Both the position numbers and the translations under genes were made by a program. DNA of 31,778 bases, from IMG/VR virus record IMGVR_UViG_3300049437_000130, positions 1 to 31,778 of that record; one strand, written 5' to 3'. Shown here in pieces: positions 9,758 to 17,199 of the stretch. The notes under the pieces are model-generated. The model did not search any database, was not told the origin of the DNA, and saw only the letters and a list, made by a program, of their open reading frames with translations. Each line of letters opens with the position of its first letter. Positions within the stretch are counted from its first letter, which is position 1. Origin of the DNA: a virus. Lineage: Duplodnaviria > Caudoviricetes.

Positions 9758-10338
9758 GGTGCTCCTAAAATCTCTTTTGTGTACCCGCTCATCGAGTACA
9801 CCCCTTTGAGGTCGCCACGATCGGCGTACTTCTTCAGCCGTTCGCGATACCGCACGATCTGCGGCGTCTTCTGCGCCGAGGGGTCGCCGATGCGCTTGCA
9901 GTCGTGCTTGAGCGGGCCGCCCTTTAGCGCGGCGTCGAAGGCGGCGTAGCCGTCTCCGGTCATCGGGCAACCGACCAGCACGACAACGTCGTAGCCCAAG
10001 TGAAATCGAGCGATCTTCGCGGCCTTGATGGCCGAGGTCGCGCCGGCGTCATACGCGTCCGGCAGCCAGTCGGTGACGGCTGGATCTTCACCCACCTTGT
10101 TCACCAGCTTCGTCGCGAAGACGCGAATCGGCGGCGCGTTCGGAAACGCCCGTTGCCGATGACGGACAAACAGCGTCGCCTTGTTGCGATGCCCGGCGAC
10201 GAGATACTGCGCGTCTTTAATCGCCGCGCCGGCGCCGTTCACGAGCATTGTGTCGGCGTCAGGGTAGAGCCGCTTCGCGGCGGCGTAGTCGTCAAACACG
10301 CAAGGGGCGCTGCCCACAACGAGACAAGCCTTAGTCAT
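9754..10338 (-). CDS. Maf/DUF115 or sialyltransferase (GT29/GT42)-like Rossmann-fold protein, 194 aa
   Basis: N-terminal CLVVGSAP then VN, and a C-terminal TSAIKAAKIA..LGYDVVVLVGCPM, resembling the GxGPS and S-motif (SG..A...A..LG...I.L.G.D) pattern. Confidence 0.6.
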   Translation of the reverse strand: MTKACLVVGSAPCVFDDYAAAKRLYPDADTMLVNGAGAAIKDAQYLVAGHRNKATLFVRHRQRAFPNAPPIRVFATKLVNKVGEDPAVTDWLPDAYDAGATSAIKAAKIARFHLGYDVVVLVGCPMTGDGYAAFDAALKGGPLKHDCKRIGDPSAQKTPQIVRYRERLKKYADRGDLKGVYSMSGYTKEILGAP

Positions 10339-10344
10339 AAAGCT

Positions 10345-10367
10345 GCCGGGGCCGCGAGCGCCCCGGC
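10345..10367 (-). terminator. GC-rich hairpin after the decoration gene (weak U-tract; attenuator or stabiliser)
   Basis: Minus strand GCCGGGGC-GCTCGCG-GCCCCGGC followed by AGCTTT and then the ATG. Confidence 0.5.
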
Positions 10368-10375
10368 GAGTTCGA

Positions 10376-10642
10376 TCAGTTGCTGTCGATCGTTCCGACT
10401 GCCGTCAGGTTGGTCACATCGACCACGCCGCCGGAGTTGGAATTGACCACGGCCAAGCCGTAGCCGTTGGAGCCGACGGCGTAGATCAGGTCGTCGACCT
10501 TGAGGATGTCGGCCGCGTCGTTGAAGTAGCCGCTGTCGTCGATCTGCGCGACCGTCGAAGCGGCGTCCCTATACGTGTAGATCGTGGGCGCGGCGGAGTT
10601 CTGAGGTCCGACGCGCTGCAGTGCATTGCGTGAATAGGCCAT
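10376..10642 (-). CDS. Small virion protein, probable capsid decoration (88 aa)
   Basis: APTIYTY....A.I...GYFN...D.L.V.DLIY pattern, seen in the small gene after the major capsid gene of HTVC010P-like podoviruses. GAGG RBS upstream. Confidence 0.6.
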   Translation of the reverse strand: MAYSRNALQRVGPQNSAAPTIYTYRDAASTVAQIDDSGYFNDAADILKVDDLIYAVGSNGYGLAVVNSNSGGVVDVTNLTAVGTIDSN

Positions 10643-10720
10643 TGAAGTTTCCTCTGTGCGTTAGGGCGTGAGCCCTGCACATAGCTGCCGCGCATTTGAG
10701 AATCCCCAGCGCGGCTTAAG

Positions 10721-10749
10721 GGGAAAGCGGGGGCCGAGAGCGCCCCCGC
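10721..10749 (-). terminator. Hairpin terminator after the major capsid gene
   Basis: Minus strand GCGGGGGC-GCTCTCG-GCCCCCGC followed by TTTCCCC. Confidence 0.55.
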
Positions 10750-10757
10750 CGGTTCGA

Positions 10758-11630
10758 TCAGGTCTCGTAGCTCTCCACCGCCACGACGCCCGTCGGCAGA
10801 CGCACCGCTGCGCCAGCCTTGAGGTCGCCGCACGACAGCCATGAGCGCCGCTCCGCGATCCAGTCGACGCTCGTCTTCGGCTCGATGCCGACCGCCAGGC
10901 CCACGGCCTTCCGGTCGTATGCGAAGCAGTTGACGATGCTCGTGGAACCGGAATTCGGCAGGCCGCCCTCGGCGCGAGTCTCAATGCAAATGAAGCGATT
11001 GAAACCGAACGCCTTGGACATCTCGCCGTTGATGAGCGCCTTCACAACCTGAAAGTCGCTCGACGTGACTTCGGTTTCCGCCAGCATCGCCTCAAGGGCA
11101 GCCGCCGTGTGGATAAACGTGAAGTCGCCGCCGGTGCCCTGCTGAGCCCGGAGGTATCGCAGCGCCTTGCGGAGCTTGTCGGCATTGATCGAGCTGTTCG
11201 TGCCGCCGATGTCCTCGTCAACGGTACCGGCAATGCCGGTGGCCGCATCAAGGGCGTCGATGATGAGCTGATCTTCGGTCCGACCGAGCGCCATGCCGAT
11301 GACCTGCGCGAGTTCCATCCGCTCGTCGACGTTGGCTTCCGCCTGGTCGAAGAGATCGGTGTATTCGGCCGACACCCAATTCGACAGCGTCGCCGGCACC
11401 TTGCCGTGCGCGACATCCATCGGGGTGACGAGTTCCGCCGTCGAGTGATTGACAGCGGCACCCGCGCCGATCGTCTGGAACTGGTGAACGGCGCCCGTGA
11501 CGCCCGACTTCACCGTGACAGTGTTGCGCAGGCGCGCAGCACCCTGGTACGCCTGCACGGCTTCGTTGTCGAAGCTCGTGATGGCAGCATTGGTAGCAGC
11601 GGTGGGGGTGCCACCGAGATGGATGGACAT
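10758..11630 (-). CDS. Major capsid protein (290 aa)
   Basis: F..E...AYQ....LR.TV, ALGR.EDQLIIDAL, TSSDF..VKAL..G and F.GF motifs. Follows the scaffold gene; AAGGA RBS. Confidence 0.9.
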   Translation of the reverse strand: MSIHLGGTPTAATNAAITSFDNEAVQAYQGAARLRNTVTVKSGVTGAVHQFQTIGAGAAVNHSTAELVTPMDVAHGKVPATLSNWVSAEYTDLFDQAEANVDERMELAQVIGMALGRTEDQLIIDALDAATGIAGTVDEDIGGTNSSINADKLRKALRYLRAQQGTGGDFTFIHTAAALEAMLAETEVTSSDFQVVKALINGEMSKAFGFNRFICIETRAEGGLPNSGSTSIVNCFAYDRKAVGLAVGIEPKTSVDWIAERRSWLSCGDLKAGAAVRLPTGVVAVESYET

Positions 11631-11818
11631 GTGATTTCCTTACCGCGTGAACCACGCGGATCTGAATTGTGCGAAAAGATTGTGCGCGGCACTTGCAACC
11701 GCTTCGTGACCGATCGGGGTCCCGCTCGCGCGGCCCTTTCGCTCAACTCGCGCCCGTGTCGTGGGCGCCATCGGCTAAACGCTAAGCGGCTCTTGCGAGG
11801 TCCCGCTGCGTCGTCGCT

Positions 11819-11986
11819 CTATTCCGTCTTCGCCACGCTGTCGGCCGGTTTGGCGTTCAACTCGGCTTCAATTCGTGCGATGGCCTGCGCCGTCTGTACG
11901 ACAGCGGCGGCCTCTTCAATGCTCTTGACGATCCGCTGCGCGACAGCGAACGCCAGGAACTGCTTCAACAGGGCGATGTCGTCCAT
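11819..11986 (-). CDS. 55-aa hypothetical protein MDDIALLKQFLAFAVAQRIVKS...
   Basis: ATG lies 1 nt after the scaffold stop; predicted amphipathic helix. Confidence 0.5.
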   Translation of the reverse strand: MDDIALLKQFLAFAVAQRIVKSIEEAAAVVQTAQAIARIEAELNAKPADSVAKTE

Positions 11987-11987
11987 G

Positions 11988-12809
11988 TTACGCGGCCTTG
12001 CTGGCGTGGTAGGCGCGCCAGCGCACTTCGATCTGCTCGCGATACTTCGGGTCGATCTCATAGAGCCGCTGGCCCTTGTCGTTGCGCTTGTTCTGGTCTG
12101 CGCGGATTGCTGTGGCTTCATCGGTTCCGGCATTCGCCGCATCGTCGCCGACCTTCAAGCCACCGGCACGCGTCTTCCCGATGATCGCCTCGATTGCCTG
12201 GAAGGCATATGCCGCCGTCGGGCCGCTGACCGCGGCGCGTAGCGCCTGCATGCCCTCGGCATCGAGGTTGGCCTTGCCCCATCGCGATACGGCCATCAAG
12301 CGCGCGTCAGCGTTCTCGCCGATCTGCTTCTTGATTTCCGCCGGGTCAACCGCGACGGCAACGGCATACATGCCGAGCACCTGATTGAACGCATCCTGCG
12401 AGAGCTGATTCTCAGCCGCCCACTTACTAAACTCCCCGATCAGTGGGTCGTCCTTCGCCCACTCGCCTTCGACGCCCTCAGGCATCTTGATATCGTACTT
12501 GCCGTCCTTCGGTGCGCCGGTGAACCCACCGAGGCGCTTCTCCAGCTCTCGCTGAGCCTTCGCCTGTTCTGCGACGCTTTTGTATTTCTTGCCGTTGTAC
12601 CAGTCGGGCGCCTTGCCGGTGCCCTTCACACCTTCCGAGAGAAACCACTCCGGATCGGTAGGCGGCGGTTCGGCCGGCGTCTCGCCCGGCTTCTGGCCGG
12701 TGGCGTCGCCTGCGGGCTTCTGCGGCTCGTCGGTCGCGTTGGGAAGCAGGCTATCGTCGGCTGCCGGTGTCGCTTCAGTAGCGGCGGCAGGTGTCGCTGA
12801 TGTCGTCAT
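11988..12809 (-). CDS. Capsid assembly scaffolding protein (273 aa)
   Basis: Pro/Ala/acidic N-terminus, K.Y.SV.E.AKA..ELEK.LG, AP...Y, and a C-terminal Y..DP.YR motif. Lies between portal and capsid genes. Confidence 0.8.
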   Translation of the reverse strand: MTTSATPAAATEATPAADDSLLPNATDEPQKPAGDATGQKPGETPAEPPPTDPEWFLSEGVKGTGKAPDWYNGKKYKSVAEQAKAQRELEKRLGGFTGAPKDGKYDIKMPEGVEGEWAKDDPLIGEFSKWAAENQLSQDAFNQVLGMYAVAVAVDPAEIKKQIGENADARLMAVSRWGKANLDAEGMQALRAAVSGPTAAYAFQAIEAIIGKTRAGGLKVGDDAANAGTDEATAIRADQNKRNDKGQRLYEIDPKYREQIEVRWRAYHASKAA

Positions 12810-13329
12810 GTGTCACCTTAATGGTTGGGTCGAACTTATTACCCTTCCGAATATTGGCGCCTGCCGGAAGGATTTGCAGGTTGTTGTGAACGTGAAGCCC
12901 GCTCACAAGTTTTCCTTGTAGCGGGATGATGTGGTCGACGTGAAACGGGCGCATGAACAATTCCGAAAGAAGATCGGCGCCGTGATACAGCATTGTGATA
13001 CCGAACCGATCGGCCCACGCCGGCATCCGTTGCTTCTTGCGTGCTTGATACCGGCGCACGTTTGCGCGGGCCTTGTCGGGATTGGCTTTGCGCCAGCGGC
13101 GGGAGTCTTGCCGTTCTTTTTCGGGGCTAGCCCTATTCCGCGCAACGCGCGCGGCATGTAGCTTTTCCCGATTAGCGACCCGCCACGCATCCTTCATAGC
13201 GCGTTCTTCTGCCGGATGAGCGGCACTCCACGCGGCTCTGGCGAAGCGCATTCTCTCCGGATTTGCGGCCTGCCCTTTGCGGGCGCGCTCGCGGCCTGCC
13301 TCACGCTGTTCTGCAGTATAGACCCGCAT
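12775..13329 (-). CDS. HNH (homing-type) endonuclease, 184 aa
   Basis: FHVDHIIPLQGKLVSGLHVHNNLQIL...N.RKGN motif and an N-terminal repeated W..ANP/ANR segment. ATG overlaps the upstream TGA. Confidence 0.85.
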   Translation of the reverse strand: MRVYTAEQREAGRERARKGQAANPERMRFARAAWSAAHPAEERAMKDAWRVANREKLHAARVARNRASPEKERQDSRRWRKANPDKARANVRRYQARKKQRMPAWADRFGITMLYHGADLLSELFMRPFHVDHIIPLQGKLVSGLHVHNNLQILPAGANIRKGNKFDPTIKVTHDDISDTCRRY

Positions 13330-13589
13330 CAGTCCAACTTCCCCGTCTCGGCAATCTCGATCTGGCGCTTGATGTCCTCGACAAAGTCGCGGATCGCACA
13401 CACCGCCGCATACTCTGTGTGCGGCGCATTCACGGAGATACGCCTGCGAGCGAGTGTCTTCGTCCAGTGTTCAAGCAGGGCCTTTGCCCTCGGGTCCCGG
13501 ACGAAAACCAGATAGTTGCGCGCGAACTCAAGCGCCTGCGCCTCAAGGCGGGCACGGGCCTGCTCGTCGTCGGGTATTAGCTCGCTCAT
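13329..13589 (-). CDS. Small post-portal protein (Bbp19-like), 86 aa
   Basis: Y..F...P.AK.LL..W pattern, coupled to the portal gene by an ATGA overlap. Confidence 0.6.
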   Translation of the reverse strand: MSELIPDDEQARARLEAQALEFARNYLVFVRDPRAKALLEHWTKTLARRRISVNAPHTEYAAVCAIRDFVEDIKRQIEIAETGKLD

Positions 13590-15148
13590 GCCGCTGCCGC
13601 CGGTGTGGCGGCGGGCGCGGGCTGCCCGCCCTGCGCGGCCATGTGAGCCGCCGCGGCCGCGCCGGCCTTCTTGTCAAACGTCGCAACCTCGTCGGCCGAG
13701 CGGATAAGCTTCGCGTCGAGGCCGGCTTTGCGGGCGAGCCATGCGGGCGCATCTTCCAGCTTGACCCCACGCAGCAGCGCCGGTCCCAGAGATCCGCCGA
13801 GCTGCAGCACCGTCTGGAGCGCGATGACATCCTTCGAGGACTGGCTCTGCGCGAATGGCGAGGTCCACGTGACCCCGACTTCCTTGCCGTCGATCTTGAA
13901 TTCCGGAATGAGCTGCCGGCGCTGCATGATGTAGACACCACGCTTGACGATCTTCGCGACGAGTTCGTTCTGCACGCGGATGAACTCGCCACCCATCGAC
14001 CACAGCCGATTGCGATCGGCAATGCTAATTTCGGTCGCCGACTTGATCGGCCCGCTATCGCTCGCGTCCGGCCCCAGCATCGTGCGGCGGATGCGCTGGC
14101 GCAGCTCGTTCATCAGCGTCTCGCTTACCGCGAAGTTACCGCCAACCTCGATGACCTGCAGGTTATCGGTGTCCATCATCGGGATAATGGCGTTCGGAAC
14201 AAGCTGCGCGGTGTACGGGTTCAGGATGCCGTCGCTTACCGCTTTGCTCGGCGGCGCCACCTGCAGCGCGGCCTGGCGCAGGACGAATTCCTGCATCGTG
14301 TTGAGCGTCTTGGCGTCGCGCAACGCGAGAAGGACGCGACCGCGGCCATACGTCTCGCCAGAATTCTTGTTCGCCCGCGCGACGATCGTCGGGCAGCTCG
14401 TGCCGTAATCCCAGATCCAGAAGGCTTCCTTTTCGTACAGAGCCACGCCGATGTACTTGCGGGCTGCCGGGATGTATATCTCAGCCTGCACAATCTCGAC
14501 TTCCTCGTCGGGCTTGCTCACGACAAGCTCGCGGATCTTCACGGGCACCGCGGTCTCTTCAAGCCCCTGAAACGTGCGCTGCACGTTGCGGGCAGCAATC
14601 TTGCGCGCGACAAAAGCGGTTTCGACCGTCCCTGTCGGTCCTTCCTCGATCTCGATTGCCGAGACGGGGATCGCCTGGAACTGAAACGGCGAGTCGTAGT
14701 CGTCGCTCTCTTCGAACGAGAGCGCCGCCGTGCCGATCATCAGGTCGGTGCAAATCTCGCCGATGACCGAATAGAAGTTGCTGTGATTGAGAAAGCCGAA
14801 GAACATCTCCGTCGCTTTCTGCAACCCGACTTCCACATCCTGCGGCACCTCATCAACACCCCACATGTCGCCGGGCGTCAGTTGCGCCCAGCGCTGCCAC
14901 TGCGGCAGCAGCAACGAGAGCATCGTGTTCGACGCCTGGTAGGTCGCTTCCTGTAGCGTCCCCTCGTAAAGATGCTTGTCCTTGGCTTGCCCCGGCGTGC
15001 GCCAGGTGAAGGACTCGCGCTGCGGGCACGCGAAGTCGAACGCCTCGCGATACGTCGATCGCCACTGGTCTTTGCGCTCGCAGGCTTTGGCCCGGCGCTT
15101 GATGATTGCCTCGGCGGTGAGCCCGCCCGGCAGGGAGCTAAGCAACAT
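13586..15148 (-). CDS. Portal / head-tail connector (T7 gp8 family, 520 aa)
   Basis: SNFY......DL..GT, GETYGRG....AL.D.K.LN, SATEI and SP.AQ.Q motifs. Confidence 0.92.
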   Translation of the reverse strand: MLLSSLPGGLTAEAIIKRRAKACERKDQWRSTYREAFDFACPQRESFTWRTPGQAKDKHLYEGTLQEATYQASNTMLSLLLPQWQRWAQLTPGDMWGVDEVPQDVEVGLQKATEMFFGFLNHSNFYSVIGEICTDLMIGTAALSFEESDDYDSPFQFQAIPVSAIEIEEGPTGTVETAFVARKIAARNVQRTFQGLEETAVPVKIRELVVSKPDEEVEIVQAEIYIPAARKYIGVALYEKEAFWIWDYGTSCPTIVARANKNSGETYGRGRVLLALRDAKTLNTMQEFVLRQAALQVAPPSKAVSDGILNPYTAQLVPNAIIPMMDTDNLQVIEVGGNFAVSETLMNELRQRIRRTMLGPDASDSGPIKSATEISIADRNRLWSMGGEFIRVQNELVAKIVKRGVYIMQRRQLIPEFKIDGKEVGVTWTSPFAQSQSSKDVIALQTVLQLGGSLGPALLRGVKLEDAPAWLARKAGLDAKLIRSADEVATFDKKAGAAAAAHMAAQGGQPAPAATPAAAA

Positions 15149-15429
15149 CAGGCCGCCCGCCCGCCGCGCGCGTAAGCATCCAGCCCGCTGGTCATCCCCG
15201 CGCCGCCGCCCATAGCTCCGGGCGCCGCAGCAGCAGCCGCGCCCGCTGAGTTACCAGGGGCGCCGCGAGTCAGCGGACCGCCGGCGAAGCCGCGGAAGCC
15301 GAACTTCGAACGCAAAATGCGCTTCACGCGCACGTTCTGCTCTTCATCGAGCCGCGATAGGTCTGCGATCTGCCGCTGCTCAAGGGCAACGGACGCAGGA
15401 CTCGGCTTAGGCTGTTTGGGCTTGTTCAA
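15148..15429 (-). CDS. Small pre-portal virion protein (93 aa)
   Basis: TTG start with GGAGG RBS at 15434-15438. Pro/Lys N-terminus (KPKQPKP) and a Gly-rich tail, typical of the gene preceding podovirus portals. Confidence 0.6.
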   Translation of the reverse strand: MNKPKQPKPSPASVALEQRQIADLSRLDEEQNVRVKRILRSKFGFRGFAGGPLTRGAPGNSAGAAAAAAPGAMGGGAGMTSGLDAYARGGRAA

Positions 15430-15439
15430 GGTGCCTCCG

Positions 15440-15667
15440 CTATGCCAAGCGCCCGCTCGACGTGAGAGCCGACACGCCGGGGATGGTTGTGACATCAACC
15501 TGCCAGGCGAGATCGCCCGACGCCGGCGCACCATTGGCGGCACGCGCCCACACCGCCGACCCGAGGACCTCGGCCTCGACGGCATCGCGGAACGCATCGA
15601 TCTTGCGATACACCTGCATGATGCGCGGCAGCTCACGTGCCTTGTTGAACTTGACCCATGTCGCCAT
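15440..15667 (-). CDS. Hypothetical protein (75 aa)
   Basis: GGAG RBS; fills the operon gap between its neighbours. Confidence 0.55.
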   Translation of the reverse strand: MATWVKFNKARELPRIMQVYRKIDAFRDAVEAEVLGSAVWARAANGAPASGDLAWQVDVTTIPGVSALTSSGRLA

Positions 15668-15671
15668 GTGA

Positions 15672-16076
15672 CTACTCCGGGTGGTTTCTCAGGATGTACT
15701 TGAAAAGCTGATACGGCGTCCACACAAGCGGCGCGCGGATGCCGAGGAAGGCTTTGGCGATGCTCGTGCATGTCGCCCAGATCAAAATCGCATACGGCGG
15801 ATCGCCAAGACTGCGGCGGATCTTCACGTACTGAAACGTGGCGCCAGGGAACACTTCAACGAGCGGTTGCGTGGCGAGCGCGGCTTGTACTAGTGGCATC
15901 GCGGGGTTCACGATCATGTGCCCGGCGACTTCCCCGTCGACGTAAATCGGCAGGCATACGGCGACGTGCCAGAAGCCCCGCTTCAACACGCGCCAGTAAT
16001 GTTCGATCTGTCCAGGGCTGTCGTAATAGACGAGCGTTGCCTCAACGTCGACAGCGCCGCCCGGCCACTTATTCAC
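15672..16076 (-). CDS. Conserved phage protein, possible permuted papain-like (His...Cys) fold, 134 aa
   Basis: GTG start overlaps the upstream TGA. Motifs LKRGFWHV, TCTSIAKAFLG and WTPYQLFKY. Confidence 0.55.
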   Translation of the reverse strand: MNKWPGGAVDVEATLVYYDSPGQIEHYWRVLKRGFWHVAVCLPIYVDGEVAGHMIVNPAMPLVQAALATQPLVEVFPGATFQYVKIRRSLGDPPYAILIWATCTSIAKAFLGIRAPLVWTPYQLFKYILRNHPE

Positions 16077-16276
16077 GCCACGCTGCTCGCTGCTCGGACC
16101 GATTCGCCCGGCGCGAGCCGACCGGTGCCGCCGCACTTAAGGCAAGCACTGCCGATCTGCGTCGTCACGAACCGCTCGTCGATCTGCTCGACGATCGTGC
16201 GAAACTCCGCAACCTGGCCGAAGCCGTTGCAGGCGTTGCACTCGTCGGGATGCTTTTTCGTCGTGCGCGCGTTCAT
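16073..16276 (-). CDS. Small zinc-finger protein with two CxxCxGxG (DnaJ-type) motifs
   Basis: CNACNGFG and CLKCGGTG; ATGA/GTGA coupling on both sides. Confidence 0.7.
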   Translation of the reverse strand: MNARTTKKHPDECNACNGFGQVAEFRTIVEQIDERFVTTQIGSACLKCGGTGRLAPGESVRAASSVA

Positions 16277-16881
16277 GCTGGCAGCAGAATCTGGCGCCCT
16301 TTGCTCTGACCGCGGCGCGTGCGAACGGCCGCAATCTCGTGCTCAAGGGTGACAGGACTCGGACCGCCCCGAATCTGAATCAGGTAGTTCATGTGGCCGA
16401 TGTGAGCAAGAAACGCCTTGCGCCTCGTGCCCTCATCAAGCTCACCGCCGCGTACGCCCTTGATGCGTGACGCCAGCTCGTCGAGCGCGTCGACGTACCC
16501 GGAGAAATCGCCGGCGACAGCAAGCAACACGGCGGTGCGCCGCAGTGTCGGCAGATCCAGCGTTACGAGATTGACGGGCGTGCGCTTGAAGGCGCTCGAT
16601 TCCGTCAAGCGCCAGATTTCAACATCATCACTGTTACCGACGTGCTTGTACTGGCCGGTCCGAACGAACTTCTCGTGCCGCGCGAGCGTCTCAGGATTCG
16701 CCTTCGCGCGGCGGAACCAGACGTATTCGCCGTCGCTTAGCCACGTTCGGCTCTTGCCGAGCGGTGACTTCGCCATCGGCTTCGCCCGTTTGCCCTCGTT
16801 GGGGAGCTTCACGGCCTCGATGCGCGGCGCCGGGGCTTCGCCGATCAAGTCAGCGCAGTCTACGGAGTTGGCGGCGCTCAC
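16273..16881 (-). CDS. Hypothetical protein (202 aa)
   Basis: Coupled by 4-nt overlaps on both sides; no recognised motif. Confidence 0.6.
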   Translation of the reverse strand: MSAANSVDCADLIGEAPAPRIEAVKLPNEGKRAKPMAKSPLGKSRTWLSDGEYVWFRRAKANPETLARHEKFVRTGQYKHVGNSDDVEIWRLTESSAFKRTPVNLVTLDLPTLRRTAVLLAVAGDFSGYVDALDELASRIKGVRGGELDEGTRRKAFLAHIGHMNYLIQIRGGPSPVTLEHEIAAVRTRRGQSKGRQILLPA

Positions 16882-17081
16882 AATAGCGCCTTGATTCGCG
16901 CGCCGATCGCCGAAACTTCGGCCATCAGCGCCTTGCCGTGAACAACTTTCGCGATCTTGGCGAGGACTTCGTTCTGCCGCTCCAGAAGCGCCAGCACATC
17001 TTCGACTGACGCCGCGATCGGCGATACCTCGCGCGCCGCGCCGGCCGGCTCGGCAGTGTTACGTGACTGCATGGGAATCAT
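16878..17081 (-). CDS. Hypothetical protein (about 64-67 aa)
   Basis: Its stop overlaps the next gene's start; coiled-coil-like core. Confidence 0.5.
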   Translation of the reverse strand: MIPMQSRNTAEPAGAAREVSPIAASVEDVLALLERQNEVLAKIAKVVHGKALMAEVSAIGARIKALL

Positions 17082-17091
17082 CCGTGTTGCA

Positions 17092-17134
17092 AGAAAAGAG
17101 ACCCGCTACACCGACACGACGCCGCTTAGCGGGT
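17092..17134 (-). terminator. Putative terminator downstream of terL
   Basis: ACCCGCTA (17101-17108) and TAGCGGGT (17127-17134) form an inverted repeat, followed on the minus strand by CTCTTTTCT. Confidence 0.45.
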
Positions 17135-17199
17135 GGTCAGGCTTACCGGTTTTGCTCCGGCATCAAGCGCGCGGGTCGGCGCATTCGGCGTGAAAACGG

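Noticed and set aside
8873-9970. Longer starts given by the ORF track for the ATP-grasp (9970), GT (9053), resolvase (19095), integrase (25258) and nuoM (30391)
   Set aside because: The extensions overlap upstream genes and lack family similarity. Coupled starts or RBS-supported starts downstream fit better.
10643-10760. Capsid stop read-through producing a capsid-decoration fusion
   Set aside because: Reading through the TGA meets TAA 14 codons later, no clear slippery site was seen, and the decoration gene has its own RBS.
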